From assembly GCF_009914755.1 (NCBI RefSeq), contig NC_060948.1: a stretch of DNA of 64,000 nt, one strand, 5' to 3'. Below are positions 28,045 to 42,364 of this stretch, piece by piece. Numbering within the stretch: position 1 is the stretch's first letter; every line of letters begins with the position of its first letter. Below the pieces are notes generated by a model. The model made no database searches. It was not told where the DNA came from and saw only the letters and a program-made list of their open reading frames with translations. The stretch is from the human T2T-CHM13v2.0 reference genome, Homo sapiens. The translations under genes and the position numbers were made by a program.

Positions 28045-31000
28045 ATGGAATCGAACCACAAGGAATGGACAGGAATAGAATGGTCTCGAATTGAATGGAA
28101 TCGTATGGAATGGCATCAAACGGAATGGAATGGACAGCCACGGAATGGAATGCACTCGAATGCAATGGAGTCGAAACTAATGGACTGGAATAGAATGGAC
28201 TCGACTGGTACGGACTCCAATGGAATGGAATCGAATGGAAGGGAATCGAACGGAAGGGAATCGAACGGAATGGACTCGAAGGGAAAAGACTGCAATGGAA
28301 AGGTCTCGAATGGAATGGAAATTAATGGAATGGAATGGAATCGAATGAAATGGAGTCAAAAGGAATCGAATCGAATGGCAAGAAATCGAATGTAATGGAA
28401 TCGCCAGGAATTGATGTGAACGGAACGGAATGGAATGGAATCCAAAGGAATGGAATAGAATGGAATGGAATCGAATGGAAAGGACTCGAATGGAAATCAC
28501 TCGAATAGAATGCAATTTAATAAAATAGGATCAAATGTAATGGAATGGAATGGAAAGGAATCGAAACGAAAGGAATGGAGACAGATGGAATGGAATGGAA
28601 CAGAGAGCAATGGTATAGAATGGAATGGAATCATCTGGAATGGAATTGAATGGAATGGAATAATATGAAATGGAATGGAATGGAATGCCCTTGAATTAAA
28701 TGGACTGGAATGGAATGGACTCAAACAGAGTGGAATGGAAAGTGTGGAGATAGAATGGAATGAACTCCTTTGGAATGGTGTAGTATGCAATGCAATCGAC
28801 TGGCAGGGAATCAAAAGGAATGTAATCGAATGGATTGGACTGGAATGCAATGGACTCGAATAGATTGGAAACGGAATGCAAAGGAATGGAATGGAATAGT
28901 ATGGAATGCAATGGAAGGGAATGGAGTGGAATAGACTAGAGTGGAATGGAATGGACTGGAAAGCAATGGACTGGAATGGAACTTTCTTGGATGGACTGGA
29001 ATCAAACGGAATGGAATGCAATGCAATCAAATGGCATGGAATAAAATAGAATGAAAGAGAATCAAATGGAATTGAATCGAATGGAATCGAATGGATTGGA
29101 AAGGAATAGAATGGAATGGAATGGAATTGACTCAAATGGAATGGACTAGAATGGAATGGATTCGAATGGAAGGCAAAGGAATAGAATCTATTGGAATGGA
29201 CTGTAATGGAATGGAATGGAAGGGATTGGAATGGACTCGAATGGAATGGACTGCAATAGAAAGGATTCGAATGGAATGAAAAAGAATTGAATGGAATAGA
29301 ACAGAATGGAATCAAATCGAATGAAATGGAATGGAATAGAAAGGAATGGAATGAAATGGAATGGAAAGGATTCGAATGGAATGCAATCGAATGGAATGGA
29401 ATCGAACGGAATGGAATAAAATGGAAGAAAACTGGCAAGAAATGGAATCGAAATGAATGGAGTGTTATGGAACGGACTCAAAAGGAATTGAATGTAACAG
29501 AATGGAGTGGAGTGGACTCGAATATAATGGACTGGAATGGAATGAAATCACATGGAATGGGAACGAATGGAATGGAATGGAAAGGAATGGAATCGAATGG
29601 AAAGGAATCGAATGGAAGGGAATGAAATTGAATCAACAGGAATGGAAGGGAATAGAATAGACTGTAATGGAATGGACTCGAATAGAATGGACACGAATGC
29701 TCAAATTAAATGGACTCGAATGGAATGGAAACGAAAGGAATGTCATCGAATGGAATTGAATCGATTGGAATGAAATCGCATAGAATGGAGTGGAATCAAA
29801 TGGAATTGAATCGAAAGGAAAGGAAGCGAATGGACTGAAATGAAATGGAATGGAATTGAATGGAAAGTAATGCAATGGAATAGAATGGAACGAAATTTCA
29901 CGGAATGGAATCAAACTGAATGGAATCAAATCAATGGAATCAAATCAAATGGAATGGAAAGGAATTGAATGGAGTAGATGGGATTGGATGGGATTGGAAT
30001 GAAATGTACTGGAAAGGACTCGAATTTCATGAAACGGAATGGAATGAATTGGAACGGAATGGACTCGAATGGAATGGAATGTCATGGGATGGCATCAAAT
30101 GGAATGGCATCAAATGGAATGGAATCGAATGCAATGGAATGCTATGGAATGGAATGGAATGCATTGGAATGGAATGTCCTCTAATGGAATGGATTCGAGT
30201 GGAATGGAATTGAATATAATGGAGTCGAATGAAATGGAATTGAAAGGAATGGGATCGAATAAAATGGAATATACTGGAATGTAACGTAATGAACTCGAAT
30301 GTAATTGACTGGAATGGAATGTACATGAATGGAATGTAATCGAATGGAAAGTAATCCAATGGAATAGAATCTAATGCAATAAAATCGACTCAGATAGAGT
30401 AGAATGTAATGGAATGGAGTGCAGTGCAATGGAATGGAATGGAATGGAATGCAATGGAATGGAATGGTATGGAATGGAATGGAATGGAATGGAATGGAAT
30501 GGAATGAAATGGGATGGAATGGTATGGAATGGATAGTAATGGACTGGAGTGAAATGGACTGGAAAGGAATGGACTCAAATTGAAAGGGCTCGAAAGGAAT
30601 GGAGTCAAATGGAATGGTCTGGAATGGAATGAACACGAATGTAATGCAACCCAATAGAATGGAATCGAATGGCATGGAATATAAAGAAATGGAATCGAAG
30701 AGAATGGAAACAAATGGAATGGAATTGAATGGAATGGAATTGAATGGAATGGGAACGAATGGAGTGAAATTGTATGCAGTAGAAGAGAATAGAATGGAAT
30801 GCAAGCGAAAGGAAAGGAATGGATTGGAATGGAATGGAATTCATTGGAATGGAAGGGAATGTAGTGTAATGGACAGGCCTGGAATAAAGTGGAATGCTAC
30901 GGTCTCGAATGGAATAAAAATGTATGGAATGGAATGCAATGAAACGGAATCGAATGTCATAGAATGTAATGGAATGCAAAAAAATGGAATCCAAAATCAT

Positions 31001-31628
31001 TGACTGGAAAGTCTGGGTGTCGAAAGGAATTGACACCAATGGAATGGAATCGAATGGAATGGAAGTGAATAGAATCGAACTAAATTGAATGGAATGGAAT
31101 TGATAGGAACGGAATGGAAAGGAATGCAATGATTTGGCATGGAATGGAATCGAATGGCATCGAATGGAATGGAATGGAATGCAATGCAATGGAATGTATT
31201 AGAATGTAATGAACTTTAATGGAATGTACTCGAATGGATTCGACTGGAATGGAATGTTCTGGAAGTGAATGGACTCCAATGGAATGGATTCAAAAGGAAT
31301 GGAATCGTACGGAATGGAATCTAATGGAATGGAATTAAATGGAAATGAATCAAATTGAATAGCACGGAATTGAATTGAATGGAATGGAATGCAATGGAAT
31401 CTAATGAAACGGAAAGGAAAGGAATGCAATGGAATGGAATGGGCTGGAATGGAAAGGAATCGAAACGAATGGAATGGAATCGAACTGAAGAGACTGGAAT
31501 GGAATGCACTGGAATGGAAGGGAGTGTAATGGAAGGTTCTCGAAAAAAATGGAATCGAATGGAATGGAATTGAATGGAACGGAATAGAGTCGAATGGAAT
31601 TGAATGGAATGGAATGGACTAGAGTGAA
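28045..31628 (+). repeat. Monomer 9 (3584 bp)
   Basis: Landmark spacing 28045 to 31629. Confidence 0.9.
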
Positions 31629-34600
31629 ATGGAATCGAACCACAAGGAATGGACAGGAATAGAATGGTCTCGAATTGAATGGAATCGTATGGAATGGCAT
31701 CAAACGGAATGGAATGGACAGCCACGGAATGGAATGCACTCGAATGCAATGGAGTCGAAACTAATGGACTGGAATAGAATGGACTCGACTGGTACGGACT
31801 CCAATGGAATGGAATCGAATGGAAGGGAATCGAACGGAAGGGAATCGAACGGAATGGACTCGAAGGGAAAAGACTGCAATGGAAAGGTCTCGAATGGAAT
31901 GGAAATTAATGGAATGGAATGGAATCGAATGAAATGGAGTCAAAAGGAATCGAATCGAATGGCAAGAAATCGAATGTAATGGAATCGCCAGGAATTGATG
32001 TGAACGGAACGGAATGGAATGGAATCCAAAGGAATGGAATAGAATGGAATGGAATCGAATGGAAAGGACTCGAATGGAAATCACTCGAATAGAATGCAAT
32101 TTAATAAAATAGGATCAAATGTAATGGAATGGAATGGAAAGGAATCGAAACGAAAGGAATGGAGACAGATGGAATGGAATGGAACAGAGAGCAATGGTAT
32201 AGAATGGAATGGAATCATCTGGAATGGAATTGAATGGAATGGAATAATATGAAATGGAATGGAATGGAATGGAATGGAATGCCCTTGAATTAAATGGACT
32301 GGAATGGAATGGACTCAAACAGAGTGGAATGGAAAGTGTGGAGATAGAATGGAATGAACTCCTTTGGAATGGTGTAGTATGCAATGCAATAGACAGGCAG
32401 GGAATCAAAAGGAATGTAATCGAATGGATTGGACTGGAATGCAATGGACTCGAATAGATTGGAAACGGAATGCAAAGGAATGGAATGGAATAGTATGGAA
32501 TGCAATGGAAGGGAATGGAGTGGAATAGACTAGAGTGGAATGGAATGGACTGGAAAGCAATGGACTGGAATGGAACTTTCTTGGATGGACTGGAATCAAA
32601 CGGAATGGAATGCAATGCAGTCAAATGGCATGGAATAAAATAGAATGAAAGAGAATCAAATGGAATTGAATCGAATGGAATCGAATGGATTGGAAAGGAA
32701 TAGAATGGAATGGAATGGAATTGACTCAAATGGAATGGACTAGAATGGAATGGATTCGAATGGAAGGCAAAGGAATGGAATCTATTGGAATGGACTGTAA
32801 TGGAATGGAATGGAAGGGATTGGAATGGACTCGAATGGAATGGACTGCAATAGAAAGGATTCGAATGGAATGAAAAAGAATTGAATGGAATAGAACAGAA
32901 TGGAATCAAATCGAATGAAATGGAATGGAATAGAAAGGAATGGAATGAAATGGAATGGAAAGGATTCGAATGGAATGCAATCGAATGGAATGGAATCGAA
33001 CGGAATGGAATAAAATGGAAGAAAACTGGCAAGAAATGGAATCGAAATGAATGGAGTGTTATGGAACGGACTCAAAAGGAATTGAATGTAACAGAATGGA
33101 GTGGAGTGGACTCGAATATAATGGACTGGAATGGAATGAAATCACATGGAATGGGAACGAATGGAATGGAATGGAAAGGAATGGAATCGAATGGAAAGGA
33201 ATCGAATGGAAGGGAATGAAATTGAATCAACAGGAATGGAAGGGAATAGAATAGACTGTAATGGAATGGACTCGAATAGAATGGACACGAATGCTCAAAT
33301 TAAATGGACTCGAATGGAATGGAAACGAAAGGAATGTCATCGAATGGAATTGAATCGATTGGAATGAAATCGCATAGAATGGAGTGGAATCAAATGGAAT
33401 TGAATCGAAAGGAAAGGAAGCGAATGGACTGAAATGAAATGGAATGGAATTGAATGGAAAGTAATGCAATGGAATAGAATGGAACGAAATTTCACGGAAT
33501 GGAATCAAACTGAATGGAATCAAATCAATGGAATCAAATCAAATGGAATGGAAAGGAATTGAATGGAGTAGATGGGATTGGATGGGATTGGAATGAAATG
33601 TACTGGAAAGGACTCGAATTTCATGAAACGGAATGGAATGAATTGGAACGGAATGGACTCGAATGGAATGGAATGTCATGGGATGGCATCAAATGGAATG
33701 GCATCAAATGGAATGGAATCGAATGCAATGGAATGCTATGGAATGGAATGGAATGCATTGGAATGGAATGTCCTCTAATGGAATGGATTCGAGTGGAATG
33801 GAATTGAATATAATGGAGTCGAATGAAATGGAATTGAAAGGAATGGGATCGAATACAATGGAATATACTGGAATGTAACGTAATGAACTCGAATGTAATT
33901 GACTGGAATGGAATGTACATGAATGGAATGTAATCGAATGGAAAGTAATCCAATGGAATAGAATCTAATGCAATAAAATCGACTCAGATAGAGTAGAATG
34001 TAATGGAATGGAGTGCAGTGCAATGGAATGGAATGGAATAGAATGCAATGGAATGGAATGGTATGGAATGGAATGGAATGGAATGGAATGGAATGGAATG
34101 GAATGGGATGGAATGGTATGGAATGGATAGTAATGCACTGGAGTGAAATGGACTGGAAAGGAATGGACTCAAATTGAAAGGGCTCGAAAGGAATGGAGTC
34201 AAATGGAATGGTCTGGAATGGAATGAACACGAATGTAATGCAACCCAATAGAATGGAATCGAATGGCATGGAATATAAAGAAATGGAATCGAAGAGAATG
34301 GAAACAAATGGAATGGAATTGAATGGAATGGGAACGAATGGAGTGAAATTGTATGCAGTAGAAGAGAATAGAATGGAATGCAAGCGAAAGGAAAGGAATG
34401 GATTGGAATGGAATGGAATTCATTGGAATGGAAGGGAATGTAGTGTAATGGACAGGCCTGGAATAAAGTGGAATGCTACGGTCTCGAATGGAATAAAAAT
34501 GTATGGAATGGAATGCAATGAAACGGAATCGAATGTCATAGAATGTAATGGAATGCAAAAAAATGGAATCCAAAATCATTGACTGGAAAGTCTGGGTGTC

Positions 34601-37600
34601 GAAAGGAATTGACACCAATGGAATGGAATCGAATGGAATGGAAGTGAATAGAATCGAACTAAATTGAATGGAATGGAATTGATAGGAACGGAATGGAAAG
34701 GAATGCAATGATTTGGCATGGAATGGAATCGAATGGCATCGAATGGAATGGAATGGAATGCAATGCAATGGAATGTATTAGAATGTAATGAACTTTAATG
34801 GAATGTACTCGAATGGATTCGACTGGAATGGAATGTTCTGGAAGTGAATGGACTCCAATGGAATGGATTCAAAAGGAATGGAATCGTACGGAATGGAATC
34901 TAATGGAATGGAATTAAATGGAAATGAATCAAATTGAATAGCACGGAATTGAATTGAATGGAATGGAATGCAATGGAATCTAATGAAACGGAAAGGAAAG
35001 GAATGCAATGGAATGGAATGGGCTGGAATGGAAAGGAATCGAAACGAATGGAATGGAATCGAACTGAAGAGACTGGAATGGAATGCACTGGAATGGAAGG
35101 GAGTGTAATGGAAGGTTCTCGAAAAAAATGGAATCGAATGGAATGGAATTGAATGGAACGGAATAGAGTCGAATGGAATTGAATGGAATGGAATGGACTA
35201 GAGTGAAATGGAATCGAACCACAAGGAATGGACAGGAATAGAATGGTCTCGAATTGAATGGAATCGTATGGAATGGCATCAAACGGAATGGAATGGACAG
35301 CCACGGAATGGAATGCACTCGAATGCAATGGAGTCGAAACTAATGGACTGGAATAGAATGGACTCGACTGGTACGGACTCCAATGGAATGGAATCGAATG
35401 GAAGGGAATCGAACGGAAGGGAATCGAACGGAATGGACTCGAAGGGAAAAGACTGCAATGGAAAGGTCTCGAATGGAATGGAAATTAATGGAATGGAATG
35501 GAATCGAATGAAATGGAGTCAAAAGGAATCGAATCGAATGGCAAGAAATCGAATGTAATGGAATCGCCAGGAATTGATGTGAACGGAACGGAATGGAATG
35601 GAATCCAAAGGAATGGAATAGAATGGAATGGAATCGAATGGAAAGGACTCGAATGGAAATCACTCGAATAGAATGCAATTTAATAAAATAGGATCAAATG
35701 TAATGGAATGGAATGGAAAGGAATCGAAACGAAAGGAATGGAGACAGATGGAATGGAATGGAACAGAGAGCAATGGTATAGAATGGAATGGAATCATCTG
35801 GAATGGAATTGAATGGAATGGAATAATATGAAATGGAATGGAATGGAATGGAATGGAATGCCCTTGAATTAAATGGACTGGAATGGAATGGACTCAAACA
35901 GAGTGGAATGGAAAGTGTGGAGATAGAATGGAATGAACTCCTTTGGAATGGTGTAGTATGCAATGCAATAGACAGGCAGGGAATCAAAAGGAATGTAATC
36001 GAATGGATTGGACTGGAATGCAATGGACTCGAATAGATTGGAAACGGAATGCAAAGGAATGGAATGGAATAGTATGGAATGCAATGGAAGGGAATGGAGT
36101 GGAATAGACTAGAGTGGAATGGAATGGACTGGAAAGCAATGGACTGGAATGGAACTTTCTTGGATGGACTGGAATCAAACGGAATGGAATGCAATGCAGT
36201 CAAATGGCATGGAATAAAATAGAATGAAAGAGAATCAAATGGAATTGAATCGAATGGAATCGAATGGATTGGAAAGGAATAGAATGGAATGGAATGGAAT
36301 TGACTCAAATGGAATGGACTAGAATGGAATGGATTCGAATGGAAGGCAAAGGAATGGAATCTATTGGAATGGACTGTAATGGAATGGAATGGAAGGGATT
36401 GGAATGGACTCGAATGGAATGGACTGCAATAGAAAGGATTCGAATGGAATGAAAAAGAATTGAATGGAATAGAACAGAATGGAATCAAATCGAATGAAAT
36501 GGAATGGAATAGAAAGGAATGGAATGAAATGGAATGGAAAGGATTCGAATGGAATGCAATCGAATGGAATGGAATCGAACGGAATGGAATAAAATGGAAG
36601 AAAACTGGCAAGAAATGGAATCGAAATGAATGGAGTGTTATGGAACGGACTCAAAAGGAATTGAATGTAACAGAATGGAGTGGAGTGGACTCGAATATAA
36701 TGGACTGGAATGGAATGAAATCACATGGAATGGGAACGAATGGAATGGAATGGAAAGGAATGGAATCGAATGGAAAGGAATCGAATGGAAGGGAATGAAA
36801 TTGAATCAACAGGAATGGAAGGGAATAGAATAGACTGTAATGGAATGGACTCGAATAGAATGGACACGAATGCTCAAATTAAATGGACTCGAATGGAATG
36901 GAAACGAAAGGAATGTCATCGAATGGAATTGAATCGATTGGAATGAAATCGCATAGAATGGAGTGGAATCAAATGGAATTGAATCGAAAGGAAAGGAAGC
37001 GAATGGACTGAAATGAAATGGAATGGAATTGAATGGAAAGTAATGCAATGGAATAGAATGGAACGAAATTTCACGGAATGGAATCAAACTGAATGGAATC
37101 AAATCAATGGAATCAAATCAAATGGAATGGAAAGGAATTGAATGGAGTAGATGGGATTGGATGGGATTGGAATGAAATGTACTGGAAAGGACTCGAATTT
37201 CATGAAACGGAATGGAATGAATTGGAACGGAATGGACTCGAATGGAATGGAATGTCATGGGATGGCATCAAATGGAATGGCATCAAATGGAATGGAATCG
37301 AATGCAATGGAATGCTATGGAATGGAATGGAATGCATTGGAATGGAATGTCCTCTAATGGAATGGATTCGAGTGGAATGGAATTGAATATAATGGAGTCG
37401 AATGAAATGGAATTGAAAGGAATGGGATCGAATACAATGGAATATACTGGAATGTAACGTAATGAACTCGAATGTAATTGACTGGAATGGAATGTACATG
37501 AATGGAATGTAATCGAATGGAAAGTAATCCAATGGAATAGAATCTAATGCAATAAAATCGACTCAGATAGAGTAGAATGTAATGGAATGGAGTGCAGTGC

Positions 37601-40600
37601 AATGGAATGGAATGGAATAGAATGCAATGGAATGGAATGGTATGGAATGGAATGGAATGGAATGGAATGGAATGGAATGGAATGGGATGGAATGGTATGG
37701 AATGGATAGTAATGCACTGGAGTGAAATGGACTGGAAAGGAATGGACTCAAATTGAAAGGGCTCGAAAGGAATGGAGTCAAATGGAATGGTCTGGAATGG
37801 AATGAACACGAATGTAATGCAACCCAATAGAATGGAATCGAATGGCATGGAATATAAAGAAATGGAATCGAAGAGAATGGAAACAAATGGAATGGAATTG
37901 AATGGAATGGGAACGAATGGAGTGAAATTGTATGCAGTAGAAGAGAATAGAATGGAATGCAAGCGAAAGGAAAGGAATGGATTGGAATGGAATGGAATTC
38001 ATTGGAATGGAAGGGAATGTAGTGTAATGGACAGGCCTGGAATAAAGTGGAATGCTACGGTCTCGAATGGAATAAAAATATATGGAATGGAATGCAATGA
38101 AACGGAATCGAATGTCATAGAATGTAATGGAATGCAAAAAAATGGAATCCAAAATCATTGACTGGAAAGGCTGGGTGTCGAAAGGAATTGACTCCAATGG
38201 AATGGAATCGAATGGAATGGAAGTGAATAGAATCGAACTAAATCGAATGGAGTGGAATTGATAGGAACGGAATGGAAAGGAATGCAATGATTTGGCATGG
38301 AATGGAATCGAATGGCATCGAATGGAATGGAATGGAATGCAATGGAATGGAATGTATTAGAATGTAATGAACTTTAATGGAATGTACTCGAATGGATTCG
38401 ACTGGAATGGAATGTTCTGGAAGTGAATGGACTCCAATGGAATGGATTCAAAAGGAATGGAATCGTACGGAATGGAATCTAATGGAATGGAATTAAATGG
38501 AAATGAATCAAATTGAATAGCACGGAATTGAATTGAATGGAATCGAATGCAATGGAATCTAATGAAACGGAAAGGAAAGGAATGCAATGGAATGGAATGG
38601 GCTGGAATGGAAAGGAATCGAAACGAATGGAATGGAATCGAACTGAAGAGACTGGAATGGAATGCACTGGAATGGAAGGGAGTGTAATGGAAGGTTCTCG
38701 AAAAAAATGGAATCGAATGGAATGGAATTGAATGGAACGGAATAGAGTCGAATGGAATTGAATGGAATGGAATGGACTAGAGTGAAATGGAATCGAACCA
38801 CAAGGAATGGACAGGAATAGAATGGTCTCGAATTGAATGGAATCGTATGGAATGGCATCAAACGGAATGGAATGGACAGCCACGGAATGGAATGCACTCG
38901 AATGCAATGGAGTCGAAACTAATGGACTGGAATAGAATGGACTCGACTGGTACGGACTCCAATGGAATGGAATCGAATGGAAGGGAATCGAACGGAAGGG
39001 AATCGAACGGAATGGACTCGAAGGGAAAAGACTGCAATGGAAAGGTCTCGAATGGAATGGAAATTAATGGAATGGAATGGAATCGAATGAAATGGAGTCA
39101 AAAGGAATCGAATCGAATGGCAAGAAATCGAATGTAATGGAATCGCCAGGAATTGATGTGAACGGAACGGAATGGAATGGAATCCAAAGGAATGGAATAG
39201 AATGGAATGGAATCGAATGGAAAGGACTCGAATGGAAATCACTCGAATAGAATGCAATTTAATAAAATAGGATCAAATGTAATGGAATGGAATGGAAAGG
39301 AATCGAAACGAAAGGAATGGAGACAGATGGAATGGAATGGAACAGAGAGCAATGGTATAGAATGGAATGGAATCATCTGGAATGGAATTGAATGGAATGG
39401 AATAATATGAAATGGAATGGAATGGAATGGAATGGAATGCCCTTGAATTAAATGGACTGGAATGGAATGGACTCAAACAGAGTGGAATGGAAAGTGTGGA
39501 GATAGAATGGAATGAACTCCTTTGGAATGGTGTAGTATGCAATGCAATAGACAGGCAGGGAATCAAAAGGAATGTAATCGAATGGATTGGACTGGAATGC
39601 AATGGACTCGAATAGATTGGAAACGGAATGCAAAGGAATGGAATGGAATAGTATGGAATGCAATGGAAGGGAATGGAGTGGAATAGACTAGAGTGGAATG
39701 GAATGGACTGGAAAGCAATGGACTGGAATGGAACTTTCTTGGATGGACTGGAATCAAACGGAATGGAATGCAATGCAGTCAAATGGCATGGAATAAAATA
39801 GAATGAAAGAGAATCAAATGGAATTGAATCGAATGGAATCGAATGGATTGGAAAGGAATAGAATGGAATGGAATGGAATTGACTCAAATGGAATGGACTA
39901 GAATGGAATGGATTCGAATGGAAGGCAAAGGAATGGAATCTATTGGAATGGACTGTAATGGAATGGAATGGAAGGGATTGGAATGGACTCGAATGGAATG
40001 GACTGCAATAGAAAGGATTCGAATGGAATGAAAAAGAATTGAATGGAATAGAACAGAATGGAATCAAATCGAATGAAATGGAATGGAATAGAAAGGAATG
40101 GAATGAAATGGAATGGAAAGGATTCGAATGGAATGCAATCGAATGGAATGGAATCGAACGGAATGGAATAAAATGGAAGAAAACTGGCAAGAAATGGAAT
40201 CGAAATGAATGGAGTGTTATGGAACGGACTCAAAAGGAATTGAATGTAACAGAATGGAGTGGAGTGGACTCGAATATAATGGACTGGAATGGAATGAAAT
40301 CACATGGAATGGGAACGAATGGAATGGAATGGAAAGGAATGGAATCGAATGGAAAGGAATCGAATGGAAGGGAATGAAATTGAATCAACAGGAATGGAAG
40401 GGAATAGAATAGACTGTAATGGAATGGACTCGAATAGAATGGACACGAATGCTCAAATTAAATGGACTCGAATGGAATGGAAACGAAAGGAATGTCATCG
40501 AATGGAATTGAATCGATTGGAATGAAATCGCATAGAATGGAGTGGAATCAAATGGAATTGAATCGAAAGGAAAGGAAGCGAATGGACTGAAATGAAATGG

Positions 40601-42364
40601 AATGGAATTGAATGGAAAGTAATGCAATGGAATAGAATGGAACGAAATTTCACGGAATGGAATCAAACTGAATGGAATCAAATCAATGGAATCAAATCAA
40701 ATGGAATGGAAAGGAATTGAATGGAGTAGATGGGATTGGATGGGATTGGAATGAAATGTACTGGAAAGGACTCGAATTTCATGAAACGGAATGGAATGAA
40801 TTGGAACGGAATGGACTCGAATGGAATGGAATGTCATGGGATGGCATCAAATGGAATGGCATCAAATGGAATGGAATCGAATGCAATGGAATGCTATGGA
40901 ATGGAATGGAATGCATTGGAATGGAATGTCCTCTAATGGAATGGATTCGAGTGGAATGGAATTGAATATAATGGAGTCGAATGAAATGGAATTGAAAGGA
41001 ATGGGATCGAATACAATGGAATATACTGGAATGTAACGTAATGAACTCGAATGTAATTGACTGGAATGGAATGTACATGAATGGAATGTAATCGAATGGA
41101 AAGTAATCCAATGGAATAGAATCTAATGCAATAAAATCGACTCAGATAGAGTAGAATGTAATGGAATGGAGTGCAGTGCAATGGAATGGAATGGAATAGA
41201 ATGCAATGGAATGGAATGGTATGGAATGGAATGGAATGGAATGGAATGGAATGGAATGGAATGGGATGGAATGGTATGGAATGGATAGTAATGCACTGGA
41301 GTGAAATGGACTGGAAAGGAATGGACTCAAATTGAAAGGGCTCGAAAGGAATGGAGTCAAATGGAATGGTCTGGAATGGAATGAACACGAATGTAATGCA
41401 ACCCAATAGAATGGAATCGAATGGCATGGAATATAAAGAAATGGAATCGAAGAGAATGGAAACAAATGGAATGGAATTGAATGGAATGGGAACGAATGGA
41501 GTGAAATTGTATGCAGTAGAAGAGAATAGAATGGAATGCAAGCGAAAGGAAAGGAATGGATTGGAATGGAATGGAATTCATTGGAATGGAAGGGAATGTA
41601 GTGTAATGGACAGGCCTGGAATAAAGTGGAATGCTACGGTCTCGAATGGAATAAAAATGTATGGAATGGAATGCAATGAAACGGAATCGAATGTCATAGA
41701 ATGTAATGGAATGCAAAAAAATGGAATCCAAAATCATTGACTGGAAAGTCTGGGTGTCGAAAGGAATTGACTCCAATGGAATGGAATCGAATGGAATGGA
41801 AGTGAATAGAATGGAACTAAATCGAATGGAATGGAATTGATAGGAACGGAATGGAAAGGAATGCAATGATTGGCATGGAATGGAATCGAATGGCATCGAA
41901 TGGAATGGAATGGAATGCAATGGAATGGAATGTATTAGAATGTAATGAACTTTAATGGAATGTACTCGAATGGATTCGACTGGAATGGAATGTTCTGGAA
42001 GTGAATGGACTCCAATGGAATGGATTCAAAAGGAATGGAATCGTACGGAATGGAATCTAATGGAATGGAATTAAATGGAAATGAATCAAATTGAATAGCA
42101 CGGAATTGAATTGAATGGAATCGAATGCAATGGAATCTAATGAAACGGAAAGGAAAGGAATGCAATGGAATGGAATGGAATGGAATGCAAATGAATCGAA
42201 ACGAATGGAATGGAATCGAACTGAAGAGACTGGAATGGAATGCACTGGAATGGAAGGGAGTGTCATGGAAGGTTCTCGAAAAAAATGGAATCGAATGGAA
42301 TGGAATTGAATGGAACGGAATAGAGTCGAATGGAATTGAATGGAATGGAATGGACTAGAGTGAA
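31629..42364 (+). repeat. Monomers 10-12 (3579, 3579, 3578 bp), near-identical triplet
   Basis: Starts 31629, 35208 and 38787; shared private markers ATAGACAGGCAG, TAATGCACTGG and GGAATAGAATGCAAT. Confidence 0.9.
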
